Source: Phoronis australis (lineage: Eukaryota; Animalia; Phoronida). Taken from it: a stretch of 64,000 bases of DNA. Made by a program: the position numbers and the translations under genes. The notes under the pieces are model-generated. The model was not told the origin of the DNA. It saw nothing but the letters and a program-made list of their open reading frames with translations, and did no database searches. Of this stretch, positions 24,200 to 37,375 are shown one piece after another; positions within the stretch are counted from its first letter, which is position 1; the number at the start of each line of letters is the position of its first letter. The stretch is taken from NCBI GenBank assembly GCA_002633005.1, contig NMRA01000112.1, forward strand, positions 182,275-246,274, given 5' to 3'.

Positions 24200-27100
24200 C
24201 TGACATTAAAGTTGTGAGCTCTGCCGTATGTGAGGTATTGTCAAAAGTGGAGAACTATTGTTAATGTGAGCGATGGCATTTGATCTTCTGTTTGGCAGCG
24301 AAAATACTAGTCGTAGACTGGTCTTCACAAAAATTGAAAGCGTGAAGTGAACAGCTCAGTGTGACGGCTAAGGTGGCCGATAAAGGACTTTAAAGGAAGA
24401 CATGTTTTGTTTTTTATAATATAAACTTGGTGTCGAGTTTCTTGTATAGTGCAGTAAGATGTTACTGAGGCTTAACTATTCAAATCGGCAAGTGTTTGAC
24501 CCATTGAATCTCTAAATTTCTGTGAAAACTGGGTAAAAAGCTCCTTCTGGAAATGGGAAAATGCTGTAAATCAACAAAAAGGTTGTAACTATAGCCTGAC
24601 AAGTGGTCACCCTATTGCATTTTACTATGGGTGCAATGTGACCAAGTACAGCTTGCACTACCTGGGAGAAGTGGTATACATACCTCCTGTGAAAATCCGT
24701 CATCTTTAAACTCACCTTACACAATGCAATGTGGGTAGAGGGTTTACTGTCTCATGGTTGTACATGTAAACAATGCAATACCACGCCAGGCTGTTACAAA
24801 TATTGCCCTAAAACAATGAACAACTCATTTAAAGTCGAATGTGATTGTGATCCTTACCTTCCTTTGACATCAGTGTAAATCTCAATTCATGCATTTTAGT
24901 AATTTTTTTAAAAGCACTCCACTGAGGTCAGGCAAATCGCGGGGCGGGCTGACCCTGGTCGTTGATGTCTGCTGGGGGCTGTTTCGTAATAAGTGTTGCT
25001 CAAGTGGTAAGTTCAACGGTCAAACGTTATGTAAAAATCGGTAGACTTCGCCATTGGTAATTCAGCACATGACCAACAGGTTGTTGGCTTTGTTTTTACT
25101 CATCTATTTCGGAATACACTTTAATTTGTGCGTGATTAAGACTTGAGCTAGCAAAATTCATAGATTATTGAATCAACTAAATATTTCTGAAGACTCGCAT
25201 GCTAAAGACAATCTTTGGAACATCAATTTTGAAAGGGATTATTTACACTTCTCACTGCAACGGCCAAGTTCTCATACAAACGAAATGTACAAAGTCAGTA
25301 TTAACCTGTCTGAAAATAGTAATCTTCCACTTAGAGCAACAAACAGCATATCAGCTACAGCACATTTAAAAAGAACAATTTACAGTTTTCGGTACAATGA
25401 CTAAGATTTTTAGCAACAAAATGAAATGTACAAAATCAACAAAAGCACTAGGGGATTGTCTCACCACAGTCATTATTAATGCCAGTTTATCTGTATTTAA
25501 TCATTTTATTTACTAGTAACTTTCATTGAGTAATTTTCCCGTCTGGACTGTCGGCTGTAATTGGGATTTTGGTTAAGTAAGTTTAGACTGGCTAACGGTC
25601 ATATGCTGATAAGAAAGCGAATGCCTCTCTCCTTAGCCATGAGAGGTCACTAGTGACTAGCAATAGTGTTGTCAGTAATACGTTTTGAAAGTATTTTTCG
25701 AGGCAGTGATTAATGAGACATTAGAGACTGGCAGGATGTAGTGTTTGTTGACATTTATGTATTGGACATAAAAGCTGTATGTTATGAATATCTGTCAAGT
25801 TCACTATCTACTGAATTGGAAGCTGCTTATTGTAAACAACCAGTTGACACAGTGTGCCTTTAAACTTTTGATTTATTTTTGTTGCAAGAAATCTGCAACA
25901 ATATTAATTTATTAATTTCCTTGAGTTCTCTGGGTGATGATTTGCATACCTGATATCATGCTTCAGATTTTGCGAATTTTGTTTTACGTTGTGGTCCCAC
26001 AAATTGTGTATATAATTTCAAAACTCCTTTTAAAACTTAAATAATGTGTTTTCAAGATTTTTTGTGGTTATGCACGACAGGTTGTTTTGCAACATACTGG
26101 TTTCAGGCTGTAAATAATGCTTTGTAAATATCGAATGCGGTAAACTTTCCAGAAATTGGAACACAATTGAAGGCCTTAATTATTTTTTCGTTTGGTCTTG
26201 TAAGAAATGTTCAAAATTTCATTGTGTTTATTGATGACTACTGTAAATTTTTCAATTAAGTATTAAGTAAAATTGTCTTGTTTACTCTTGTTGAAAATTT
26301 TGAGGTAACGAAATTTTGCTGTTCTGCCCAAAACTCGGGCTTTCCCATCGGACCAGTTCTCCTAAATATTCTGCTATAAAATCTCTTGGTTTAGTTGGAA
26401 GCAAATTATGCAAGTTGTACTGTGCTGTGTTTAGCTTCCACAGCAGCAATTTGTCTTTGATTGTCATGACATTTAGTGCTCTCTTTGTGCTTTTAAGTAC
26501 TGGCATTGATTTTGGTGCTTGAAACTTTTCTTATGCCAGAAAATATTGCTTATGTAGACTTATGTATCATGTCTCAGGTGTAAAGGTAAGTTGTGGTTGG
26601 TGAGAGAAGTGTGTTTTGCAAAATGTATAAAAATCTGTTATTCTTGATAAGGATACCCTTATGTCATTTTAGCTTGCTGGTGAGATTAGCTTCTAGCAAA
26701 GAATGTATTGTAGTGCAGGGTGTAATGCTTTCTCTGTTTTCTCACCTTAAGTGGGGCAGACGTACTTATGGAGTACTAGGAATACCAAAAAGATACCTGT
26801 GGCTTTTTGTCATATGTTACTGGTAAGATGAAATGAAGATATTGTTAAGCAATTGTTAAATAATTATTTGAAATGCCCTGAACATAACTTGTTGTATGCT
26901 ACCATGTGGTGGGATGTTACTGTTAAATTTTACCCGTGATTTGAGTTCAGAAGATAATGTCCTCTAATAATACCTGGTAATAATACCTGGATTAGAAATA
27001 GTGCCCCGCCTGTTAACTGTTGTATGCTGTTAGTATTCTCTAAAGGTTTTGAAATGTTATGTTTTTTAATTTTGTAAAAAAAGAATTTTGCACTGTATTT

Positions 27101-27885
27101 TAAGTGTACAAAAATGCTTATGTATATGAAGTGTACAAAATGCTTATGTATAAGTAATAATGGGATTTGGATGCGGTAGCGAACGAATGTTACCCTACGG
27201 TATATTTGAAACATGACATAGTATATTTTTAAACCATTGTTGTACAGAACTGTTCTCGCTTAAGGTTATGTAGTGCCTTTGAAAAATTCCAAACTTGTCT
27301 CTCTTTGGAACATCAATATGTAGAAATGACTGGTTGGATTCATATAATACTTCCACAAATCATGCTTCATGCGTTATTTTTCAAAATACCTTTAAGTATT
27401 GAACTTAAAATGCTCCACTTTTGTGAGAGGGTGTGTCAGAAATATGAAATGATTTGTATGAAAAACTCAAATGTTGCATAAAATGAAAACTGAATTATAG
27501 TTGGAAGTATTTATGTCAAACGATATTTGATCATGTTAAGGTACTGTTGTGCTATAAATGTACCTTTCGTTTTGCTAAATTTTACAAACCAGTCAGTCAC
27601 CCAGTTAATGCAAAATGGTATGAAGTAAAAAAATGTGCAGGCTTTCCACTTTCGGAAAATATATACTTTTATAGAGTTGAATTATGTAATTTTTGTAAAT
27701 AAGTGAGTAAATATACCACTTGGGGACAAGGAAGGTCCTAAATAACTTTAAAGGTTCATGTATGAGCACAGACATGATGGTGGTCTGTTATGGTCATGTT
27801 GATGTCTTAACACATGGATTCTTTGATTAGTCATCCATAAACTTAAGAATTAAATCTTATATTGACTGTTGGAATATTTTTCTTC

Positions 27886-27891
27886 AATAAA
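27886..27891 (+). promoter_or_regulatory. Candidate polyadenylation signal of the sushi receptor gene (implies about 3.7 kb 3' UTR)
   Basis: AATAAA followed by GT/T-rich downstream element (gcttgtttttttctg) at the end of an AU-rich stretch. Confidence 0.4.
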
Positions 27892-27980
27892 GAGTGGTGA
27901 ATTCCGCTTGTTTTTTTCTGCTTTCCCCAAAGGTGTATCTTGGGGGTGTTTTAATCGTGATGGGTAAAATAATATTCCTA

Positions 27981-30446
27981 TTATTATGCGCCCACATATT
28001 TATATGGGGGTGCATATTGCCGTCATCACTGTCTCGGCATTCTGGCGTCTGGGCGTCCGCGGCTGTGTCTCCTAAACCCCTTGCAGGAACTTATTGAAGT
28101 TTGGAAGGTGTGTTCCTATAGGGTTGACGAAAGAGGACGACGAGTTTCGGATTGTCCCGAATACCGCTGTGCCCCCTAGTGGCAATTTTAGTTTTTTCCG
28201 TTTGCCTCTATATCTTCAAAGGTCCTCAACCGATTTTCATGAAATTTGGTTCTTAGGCATCTATTAATTAGGGGACACTATCCTTTCGTTTTCGGGTGGA
28301 TTCGAGGTATTTTGCGCCATCTAGTGGCCATTTTTAGTATTTTCGTGCCAGTTTTTTGGCGTCCGCCCCTCTGTCAACCAAATCATTCTAAGGATGGTTG
28401 CGAAAATTGGCATGTATGTTATTACTACGAAGAGGACGGTCGACGATGATTTTCCAACGACTTCGACTACTGTGGCGCCTCCTAGTGGCAGTTTTTTTTG
28501 TTTTTGTGCCCATAGCTGTATCTCCTAAAGGCTCTACGGTATCTTTATTACATGCAGCAAATGTATTTATAAGATGTTGACAGTGGATGACGACGAGTTT
28601 TGGACAGACCTGAATACCACTGTGCCCCCTAGTGGCAATTTTAGTTTTTTACGTCTGCCGCTGTATCTTCAAGGGTCCTCAACCGATTTTCATGAAATTG
28701 GCACATACGCATCTAATAGTGAGATGATGCTATCTTCCTATTTTCGGATGGATTTGACATAGTTTGCGCCACCTAGTGGCCATTTTTACTGTTGTCGAGT
28801 CTGTTTTTGTCCTCTACCCTTGTATCAACCAAACCCCTCTAAGGATGATTGTGAAGATTGGCATGTATGTTGTTACTAGTTAAAGGACAGCTTACGTTGA
28901 TTTTTCGACGACTTGAACTACTATGGCGCTGTCCTAGCGGCAGTTTTGTTTTTTGCGCCCATGGCTGTATCTCCTAAACTGTTCAAGTTGCAGGATCTGT
29001 ACTTAATTTAGCAGGGATGTTGACAACGGAAGACGATGACTTAAAGACGGGTCCTACTAACACTGCCCCCTAGTGGCTATTTTATTCAGTTTTCCTCTGT
29101 TTCTCTGAAGTTCCTTGACGAATTTTCGTGAAATTTGTTGAATAGCTTTCTTTTAAAGAAACAACATTTTCCGGTTTTCAGATAGATTCGGCGTATTTTG
29201 CCCCATCTAGTGCCATTTTCAATGTTTTCTAGTCTGTTTTTGCCGTCCACCCTCTTTCAACCAAACCACTGTTAGGATGATTGTGAAAATTGGCTTATAT
29301 ATTGTTAGTGTGAAGAGGATGGTTGACGATGATTTTCCGGCTTCAGTTACTGTGGCGCCCCCTAGTGGCAGTTTTTTTGCGCACTTAGCTGTATCTCCTA
29401 AGCCCTCTGCAGAGTGTTTATTAAATTTAGCAAGTGTATTTGCTTGACGTTGACAATGGAATACGACAACTTTCAGATGGATCTATGAACTTTTGTCTCC
29501 TAGTGGCAATTTCATTTTTTCCGTTATGTTAAAGTTTCATGAAATGTGGTAAATAGATTTCTGTTAAAAACGGTGACATTTTCCAGTTTTTTGATGGATT
29601 CAAAATATTTTGCACATTCTAGTGGCCATACAAATAAACAGTCAATGGTACAGAAATATATAGTTCACGACTTTTAAGTTTCGTTTACACATTACATCCT
29701 ACTCACCCTGCAGACAGTGCATTACCATATACTTTATGTTTCCAAGACAACAAACCTAATCTGATGGAAATAATTACAGTGTCCTACTTTCTGACGAAGA
29801 TTTACGCGCTCCGGGGTGTCTTTATGGATAGGCTTGACTTGCTGCTTGGCTGGGGCGTACCTTTATGTTGCCAAAATTCCACTGATGCCCTAAAACTCCG
29901 CGCGGGGTAATGCACCTCACCTATCCTTGTCTTGGTGTTTGTAAAGGCTATTCCCACGTTAAAGACCGTCAGCACACTCCTCCGGGGCTGGCTTATGTGG
30001 AACGTGCTGTTCGGAAGAGCAGGTTACTCGTGATCTGAGTCCCTTCGAAAGTTTGCCTGTTTTAATGAAGTTTCCTACAAAAGGGTTCAGGTTATGAGAT
30101 TGGGGCTTTAATTAAGGAAGGTCCGCTTTTTCCCCATAAACCTGGTTGCCGTGTGTAACCAGCTCTGAAGACTTTCTTCCCAGACATATTTGATCTTCTG
30201 AATCAAAGAAATTTGCTTGAGTTGAAATTGCCTGAAATTTCGAGTTCAGTGTTTCGGCGACTGAAATTAACCAGGTGAAGAGCAAATCGTAGCTTGTCTG
30301 ATGCAGTAATTAGATGTTAGTTCTTCTTAGCCTAGAAATCTTTCTATAAATAAAGGACGACTCGGAGATGAGACTGAATTTATAACGACCTAAAACAAAA
30401 TTCCTATTGACGGAGGCGCGGATTTGTACATTTATACCCTTTAGTT
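27981..30446 (+). mobile_element. Non-autonomous Helentron/DINE-1-like element with internal higher-order tandem array (about 452-bp unit of three about 150-bp subunits)
   Basis: 5' hairpin atgcgcccacata/tatgggggtgcat (27986-28015), then ctgtc/gtctg/gtccg run, recurring ctgtatctcctaaa and gattttcatgaaatt blocks; period 28168 to 28621, 28313 to 28765, 28474 to 28925; putative end ggaggcgc...tttagtt; right boundary tentative. Confidence 0.6.
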
Positions 30447-30887
30447 ATCCCTCACCGTAGGCGAAGGGGATGTATTGGTAGTCATCATTGGGTCTATGTT
30501 GCTCTGTGCGCCGACTCCTACGTTACGTCGACAATTCAGTTGCAATGCGGCCGTTCTCGGATTTTCTCTCATGTTCTTTAGGGTAATGCGTTTTCAACAT
30601 ATAAAGCTGTACGTATTTCACCCCCATTCGGCTATTAATCTGGCAAAAATGAAAATCGAATTTTAAGCGTTTATTCTCTCGTAAGATCCATGTCTTAATA
30701 TTTGTCTTTTTCGTGACGGGATTCTGCTTACATCACCAACGAGAACTGACGTCGAAACCATCAAGTGCTCAAGAAAACTGTTCAGAGTTTATCGGGGTTG
30801 ACCAACTCTTAAATTCTCAAATTGGAAAATGGCTCAAGTATGACGCGTTGCCTGTGACTTGAGTGGGCAAGGGATGAAATTAACTTG
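30445..30887 (+). mobile_element. Second short DINE/Helentron-like element abutting the first
   Basis: 5' hairpin atccctcacc-gta-ggcgaaggggat and matching subterminal inverted repeat gggcaagggat near 30865-30875 before cttgt. Confidence 0.45.
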
Positions 30888-33800
30888 TCACACCAAGGAA
30901 TAGCATGACCGCGATTTGAAGGAAACTGGTCGGTTAAAAAGACTCTCTTCTTTTAGCGGCATGTACGTGTTGCGTATGTCTCTTCTATGGGAGTCGGTAC
31001 TCCGCCGGGTACGAAACCGGAGGTAATAGGTATTCAATAAAACACGTGGTTTGTTCATTTCTATTTTGATTGCCAATGTTTTCAGTTCCCGTTCTTCGTT
31101 TGTGTTAAATGGAATATTCTCTCGAGGCTCTTCCGTTTCACAAATATCAATATTCTCGAGTCATATCTCAACATTAATTTTCATCAATTCACAATTATCA
31201 AGTAATAGCGCAGCTGGTTAATATCGTACGACAAAAATAACCTTGCTGTGTTGTTTTGACGTGACTGATGGATAAAAACAATGAATTGATTACAATCAGC
31301 CCGTATAATAAATTACAAGTCGTGGGGTCCTGCTGTCTTTTTCGAACCGCAATTGTTAACCACACAGTTTTTATCACCTACGTAGGTATTATCGTGACTG
31401 TTTCGCAATTTATTTTGTTAGCCAGCGTGCACTGTTAGAGCTGGTCAGTTTATTTCCACTTGCGGTGTTTTGATTACTGAACTCATTATGGGGCACCAAA
31501 TGTAATGTAAATCCGGCAAACATTTCTGCTTTTGACAAGGGGACAATTTCCTACTTCCCGTTCTCGTAAATTGTCTCATTGTTGAGCGGGCTCAGGAAAT
31601 TTCGATTTCCACGACATATTGTTTGGTAAATCTAGGTGACTGAGTCGACTCGTGAACGAAAGGGTTTCACCACCTGCCGTGCGGACTCAGTGTTTCGCGA
31701 CGAGTCTACCTTTTGGCTAAAAATCAGTCTTGGGGTTGACCTGGTAACTTGAAGCCAAAAGACAGAAAATCGTAGTTGCTTGGTAGACTACTGAAAAGTC
31801 GAAGCCAATTTGACGAAAATTGTCTTTTGGCTAATCTCTCACTCCAAGAAACAGGCGCCTGCCACGTCGGTGGTTGTTTTCACGATATTGAATCGTATAT
31901 GCTAACCGTGGTACCGCGATTTCGATGAAACGAATTCCGCAACGGCCCGAATGTCCTGCGAGGGCAGTACTAATTCATACCTGCTATTGTAGGGTCAGTC
32001 ACATGCTGGCAGACGCCGGGACGAGCCGAGTAAAGTGTACTTCAACAAGACATTGTGTCCAAAAGTTAATTAGGCCAAAAAAGATTCAAGCACAATGTAA
32101 TGTAACCTTCTAGGATGTGTCATTTCAGTGAAGACCTCAGACAGGCGGCAAACCACCGATACAGCTGTCCCCCATAGTTTGACCACGCGGTGAATGATGG
32201 AGGATGTGGCACCTATAAATAAATACGGGCTGTATCCTAAACAATGGAGTTGGATGCCGTGGTACAGCTCAGTGTTTAGTATCGCTACTATGTTCTGTCA
32301 GTTAGTCCAATCTCTTGGCTATGGTATGTTAGCATTAGAACAACCTGGAAACTTGTCGGTTTTATAGATAATTAATCACTTTTGTTCTTGGCCATGCGCA
32401 TGAATAACTGAATGATCTCAAAGGATTTGTCATTTTTACAACCTGGACCAATAGTCAGACGCTCACATAATAAGCTTTGGAGTAACACTTTAGACGACTG
32501 AGATTGCTCCCAGAAATTACTTGCCCAGTCAAATTCCACTGAAACACAGGCTATAGCTTTGTAATTTGAGTCCGTTCTAATTAGCTGCACCGGATTTTTT
32601 AATTGTTCCGTTGATGTGTGCAGCATCGCTACGTACATCAGTGCTCTGTCGACTGACTAACCGACGACCACAGTGCGGATAATTAGGCTTTTTGTACTCG
32701 ATCACCGTGCTTCGAGATTACTCGAAAGCCTCAATTTGCCGATGAAATACACATATTTTTTGTTTTCTGAATAAAAAATATTCCCTGAGGTCAGAATGGT
32801 ACAACATATCAGTCAATCCACTCGACCGTGACGCCTCGTGTATCTCGTTTTGCCGTGCCCAGTTGCGGGCATGACGTCATTCCTATTGGATGCCGTTCAA
32901 GAATTAAAGTTGCATTACGCCGTTCAGCTTGCTAAAAAACGAAAATCGAATTCAGCGTTGACTGTCATAAACGCGGTCTCATCATATTTGTTACCGTGAT
33001 AGGATTTCATTTCCGTTACCATGCTCGAGTCACAGGCTGTCGGCGTGTACCTGCGCCTTTTTCGAAATCGATTTTAGGGTTGGCGAACCCCAATAAACTC
33101 TGAAGCGTTTTGTTGAGTTGCTGATGATGTCGATGTTCTTGTCGGTAACTGAAACAGAATCCTATCACGACAAGGAAATTTTTTAGACCAATTTTAACAG
33201 AGTCAAGAGACCTAATTCGATTTTCGTTTTCAAGACTGAATGTTACATGCACTTAGAAAATGAAAGTAAAATCTGTACTTAACCCCACGCCCTGTTAAGA
33301 TCGTGTTTTTTACAAACACCATTTAATCCGTTCTCAGTGGTGTGCGTTTCTTCATAAATTGGAGATAATGAAACGCTGAAATATAATAATTTTATTGGTG
33401 TGTTAGCGTCTAGTTTCCCCAAGGCGACACTTTGCGGAGAACGTGACTCCTGCCAGTATGAAAACACTATCTTTACTACATAAATGCACCATCCTGCTTT
33501 TGGAGGGGCCGTACCTCTTTTTGAAGTTTGTCCCGTCAAATTATCAAAATCATTTTGATGTCCCGATTTTTGACACACGACATTGACGAAGTAACATTTA
33601 TGTTCGTGCACTTTCAACACGATTTACTCCAATTTCACGAGCACGGCTAAACAGAGAAAGAAAAAATAACGCCGGCGGCGTGATTTTGGGTGTTGCGGCG
33701 AATATTTGCCACGTGCGTTATCGCCCACATTCAGGTGTCCTACTTTTTCGTTTTCAACTGTTGGCAATCGTTGTTGTCCCGTCTGACAATGGTGAAACTG

Positions 33801-34129
33801 ATAACAAATAGTAACAGAGTAAGTAAGTTGGTGTGACAACTTTACATTCAGGCACTTAGTATTGAAGAACTCTACGTGTCATCCTGCTGACTAAATAAAC
33901 TTGACAGCATGATTTATAATTACTTCTAGGTACGTGTATGACACTGAATGGTACCTGGAAATATACAATAGAGCCCCGCCCGCCGTCTGGGTCGAGAGCA
34001 CACGACCGTGAACTATCATATCGTCTGTTGGATTGATGCTTTAAAAGGATACCAGACCCGTTTTAGCCGGCTTAACAGATATTAAAAACGACATCTCCGT
34101 CTTGTTCCTTGAAACAAAACAACGCTCTA

Positions 34130-34445
34130 TAACCATCGACAACCCTCAAATGTTTCGAGCAAAATTTGAAAATTCCTTGTAAAATCTGCTAAAGGAGCAA
34201 GCGTGACCTACGTTTTAGGCGGGTTAAGTGACAACTGGAAACGATCTACCAAAAACTATAGTTTCCTCCTACATGTGACCAATGAGCTATGCCTCGTTGA
34301 TGTGACACAGAGCCTGAGTATAAGTTTTTAGTCGAATCCTGTTTCTATGTGATCACTGACGTAGGACAACAACAATGCATTAGCAGGTGATGAAACGAGG
34401 ATTGGTTGAAATCATCAAAACAAGGTTTAGTATCTTTTTAACTAT
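34130..34445. repeat. Dispersed repeat; inverted copy at about 61945-62210
   Basis: aaccatcgacaaccct...caaaatttgaaaatt...gcaagcgtgac and atcatcaaaaca.ggttt.gtatc blocks match the reverse complement of the 62 kb region. Confidence 0.75.
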
Positions 34446-35183
34446 CAGTGACCGCTGTTTTTGTCGTTTTTGATTTGAATATAATTTGCAGAAGCTTATT
34501 CAGTAAAAAGGCGAAAACTTCATATTACGGCTACAAATTATATGCAGAGCGGAATTAATTTCCTGTCTTACTGGCCCAACAGGCATCAATACTAGCATTT
34601 CCTTCAAAAGTTGAACAGCTCTGTGACTTTTCAATGCCAGATTTTCTGTTACTTAGAGTTAAACGTTTAATTTACAAGCGACAATACAACGCGTATAAAC
34701 ATTTCAGTCTGAATATGCAGACACGAACTCTTTGAAAAAAAACGATGTTTATATCGAGAGACGAATAGCTTAATTAAAATAACCTTTCATGTGTATTTCG
34801 CACCTGAAAATTTACACCAGTCATAAAGTTATTTCAACGCAAGGATTTCGAAAACGCATCATTTTGCGGTAGGCAATGAATAGTCCTGAAAAAAGTTATT
34901 TGGTGAAACGGAGACTGATGAAGTTAAGTGATTAATCAATGCTCGTCTTCTCAGCTACATTCGAAAAAACAACGCTATTCAAAGACAAGGTCGTTGACCC
35001 TGATGCTTAGACATTCGACAGACATCACTACTTTGACGTGGAACGGATATTGACCGCGTTTTATGTGTTATTCAAAGTCCCTTGATTAAAGAGACAAAAG
35101 TTCATCTGTTCTTCACACAGTATACTCATACCTGGAAGACGTTGTACAAAAACTGCCATAACAGAGTGTAAACTACAACAGAC

Positions 35184-35261
35184 CATGGGCGGCGCAGCAC
35201 TGAGATAAGTGTTTGGGGAGGGGGACTATAGCCCACCAGCCCCTATGGTGGGCCGCCCATG
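35184..35261. mobile_element. About 75-bp GC-rich palindromic mini-element; related dimers at 37888-38032 and about 46311-46418
   Basis: catgggcggcgca...ggggctatagcccc...gccgcccatg seen at three loci. Confidence 0.8.
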
Positions 35262-37113
35262 TAGACGAGTGTAAAAATAATATGCTCCAGAACGATATTT
35301 CTATATTGAATAAATAACTCTACATTGTAATTTTACACAAAATTAACAATAACAACATTTCTGAAAGCGTATGATATGTTATCATTTTCAGAATATCTTT
35401 TTAATTTGATACGAAAATGCTCTATAGTTTTGTCGATTCCGCAGACAGATGCATGTAAATAAATTAGAATACGATTCACCTTTCACCTTTCTCGAAATCT
35501 CTCAGTTTTCATCATGAAAATTTGGTACACTGAGATCTTGCCACATGCGACTCGACACGAAGCTATGTTCTCAACCATATCTCGTCATTATTTCCTGATG
35601 CGTAATAAGTTACTACCACACTCAGTTCATTTGTGAAGCGTGTCTATGTGAAGATGATACCCAGCTGAAAGGCCACACTCTACTGCTGAAGGTGTCAGCT
35701 TGCAATGTCTGTCGTCATTTCATCGCATGAAAAAATGCGATCATCGGGCGGGCTACCGATAACCTATCGAAAAACTTTTTTTTCTCAAATAATAAGAATT
35801 GGACTAACGAGGATAGTGGCATTTTGATGAATTTCTACGGGAAGTTCGTTGCTGCAAACATAGCATGCATACACGTCACTCTTTGGTAGTGTTTCAGCTG
35901 TACAGGAAAAGCGTACACATGAGTAAAACGCTCACTGCTTGTGTAGTTTAGTTAAAAATTTCTCACGCTTTACAACAAAGGCTTGACATGAGTGTACGAT
36001 GGAGCCTGGGCTCTGTTTCATAAACAGTGACGTAAGACAGTGAAGTAAGACAGAAGTTTGGACTTGGCTCCCACTTCCCAAATGCTGAAAAAAGTTTATC
36101 CAAGTAATGAGTGTATTACAGAAATTATCTTAGTAAGTAGCAGTTATGTGTATATTCCCACAATCTTTGCGTTTTCGCTCAAGTGAGGTTTAACTATGTT
36201 TCAATAATAGTTATGTGGAGCTTAAGATCAAATTCTGTCGTAGGCTTAGTCACATTACTCGTTGTCTACCACTTACCCAAAGCAATTCCGGGTTATCAAA
36301 CTATTCTACTGATCTGAATTTTAAAATCGATAACTAGGTTAAAAAATTAGAGATACCCAGGCGAATTTGGCGGGGAGGCGCAGTTTCATCCTCAGATTCA
36401 GATAACTATTAAGGAAATTCTGGCAAAAAATCTGGGCAGCGGAGCACCCAATGGAAAAGAAAGGTATGCAAATCGGTGGCCAACGGTGGGGGGGGGGGGG
36501 GTNGGGGGGGGGTTGGCTATCGGGTACCAGTCTCCTCCACCGTACTACATTCGGATTCGGGCAATGCCACAGAGCAGCCAAATCCAGATATCCAGATACG
36601 TCTAAGTTAAAATGGATGGATTTTTGCATGCGGATACACCTGTAAGTTGTCTTCAGGTCTCGAGAGATTACCACTTCCTCCTGTCTTTCATCGAACATAA
36701 ATTGGCCTTTGTTTCTGAATATACCACAGCAGTCTCCGTCCGGTGGACCTTTACCGTATAGTTAGCGCATTGGCAAAACCTCTCGTCAAATCACTTTGAT
36801 CCCGCGAGATTGTCATCTATTGTACATTTATCTCACGCTTCTCTCACCCTGGCGAAGATATGTTTTTTTTTTCTATCGACTACCAGCCTGAGGGCTTTGG
36901 CCGCACTTTTCTCATAGCCTGAGCAGAATTCCTGAGAGGTTAATTCAGTTAGTTTGGCGACATTTTTCAAGTCGATTGCACATTGAAGTAGAAATGACGA
37001 GTTTCTGTCTAATAGGTGTTTACTCAAGCGAGTACGTTTTAACAAGACTTAACGAGAAAACTCCACATACAGTCGACGTCCTTCAGTTCAACCACGCGTA
37101 CGCCAATACCAGT

Positions 37114-37375
37114 TTAATTTATGTTAACTCCATGACTCAACATTTCTCCTCCGGTCGTACTTGCATTGGCGTCTGTGTTTGTCCTATCATCTCTGTGTAA
37201 ATTCGTGCTCAGAAACAATAAAATCAACAAAACTAAACTCGTCACAACGATAAGTACCATGACTACAACGCATAGTCTCTCGGAACAAAATTTATTCGGA
37301 ACTTTCTCTCCTTCAGCGTAAAATACATTGTCGGACCCGATGCTTAGATTCCCTTCACTCGGCGCCAAGCTCAAG
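37114..37375 (-). CDS. Small single-pass membrane protein, TM-containing last coding exon
   Basis: Strong acceptor gttttctttttacag|c; LSLAPSEGNLSIGSDNVFYAEGEKVPNKFCSERLCVVVMVLIVVTSLVLLILLFLSTNLHRDDRTNTDANASTTGGEMLSHGVNIN*; clear ~22-aa hydrophobic helix (ORF track 37114-37392). Confidence 0.68.
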
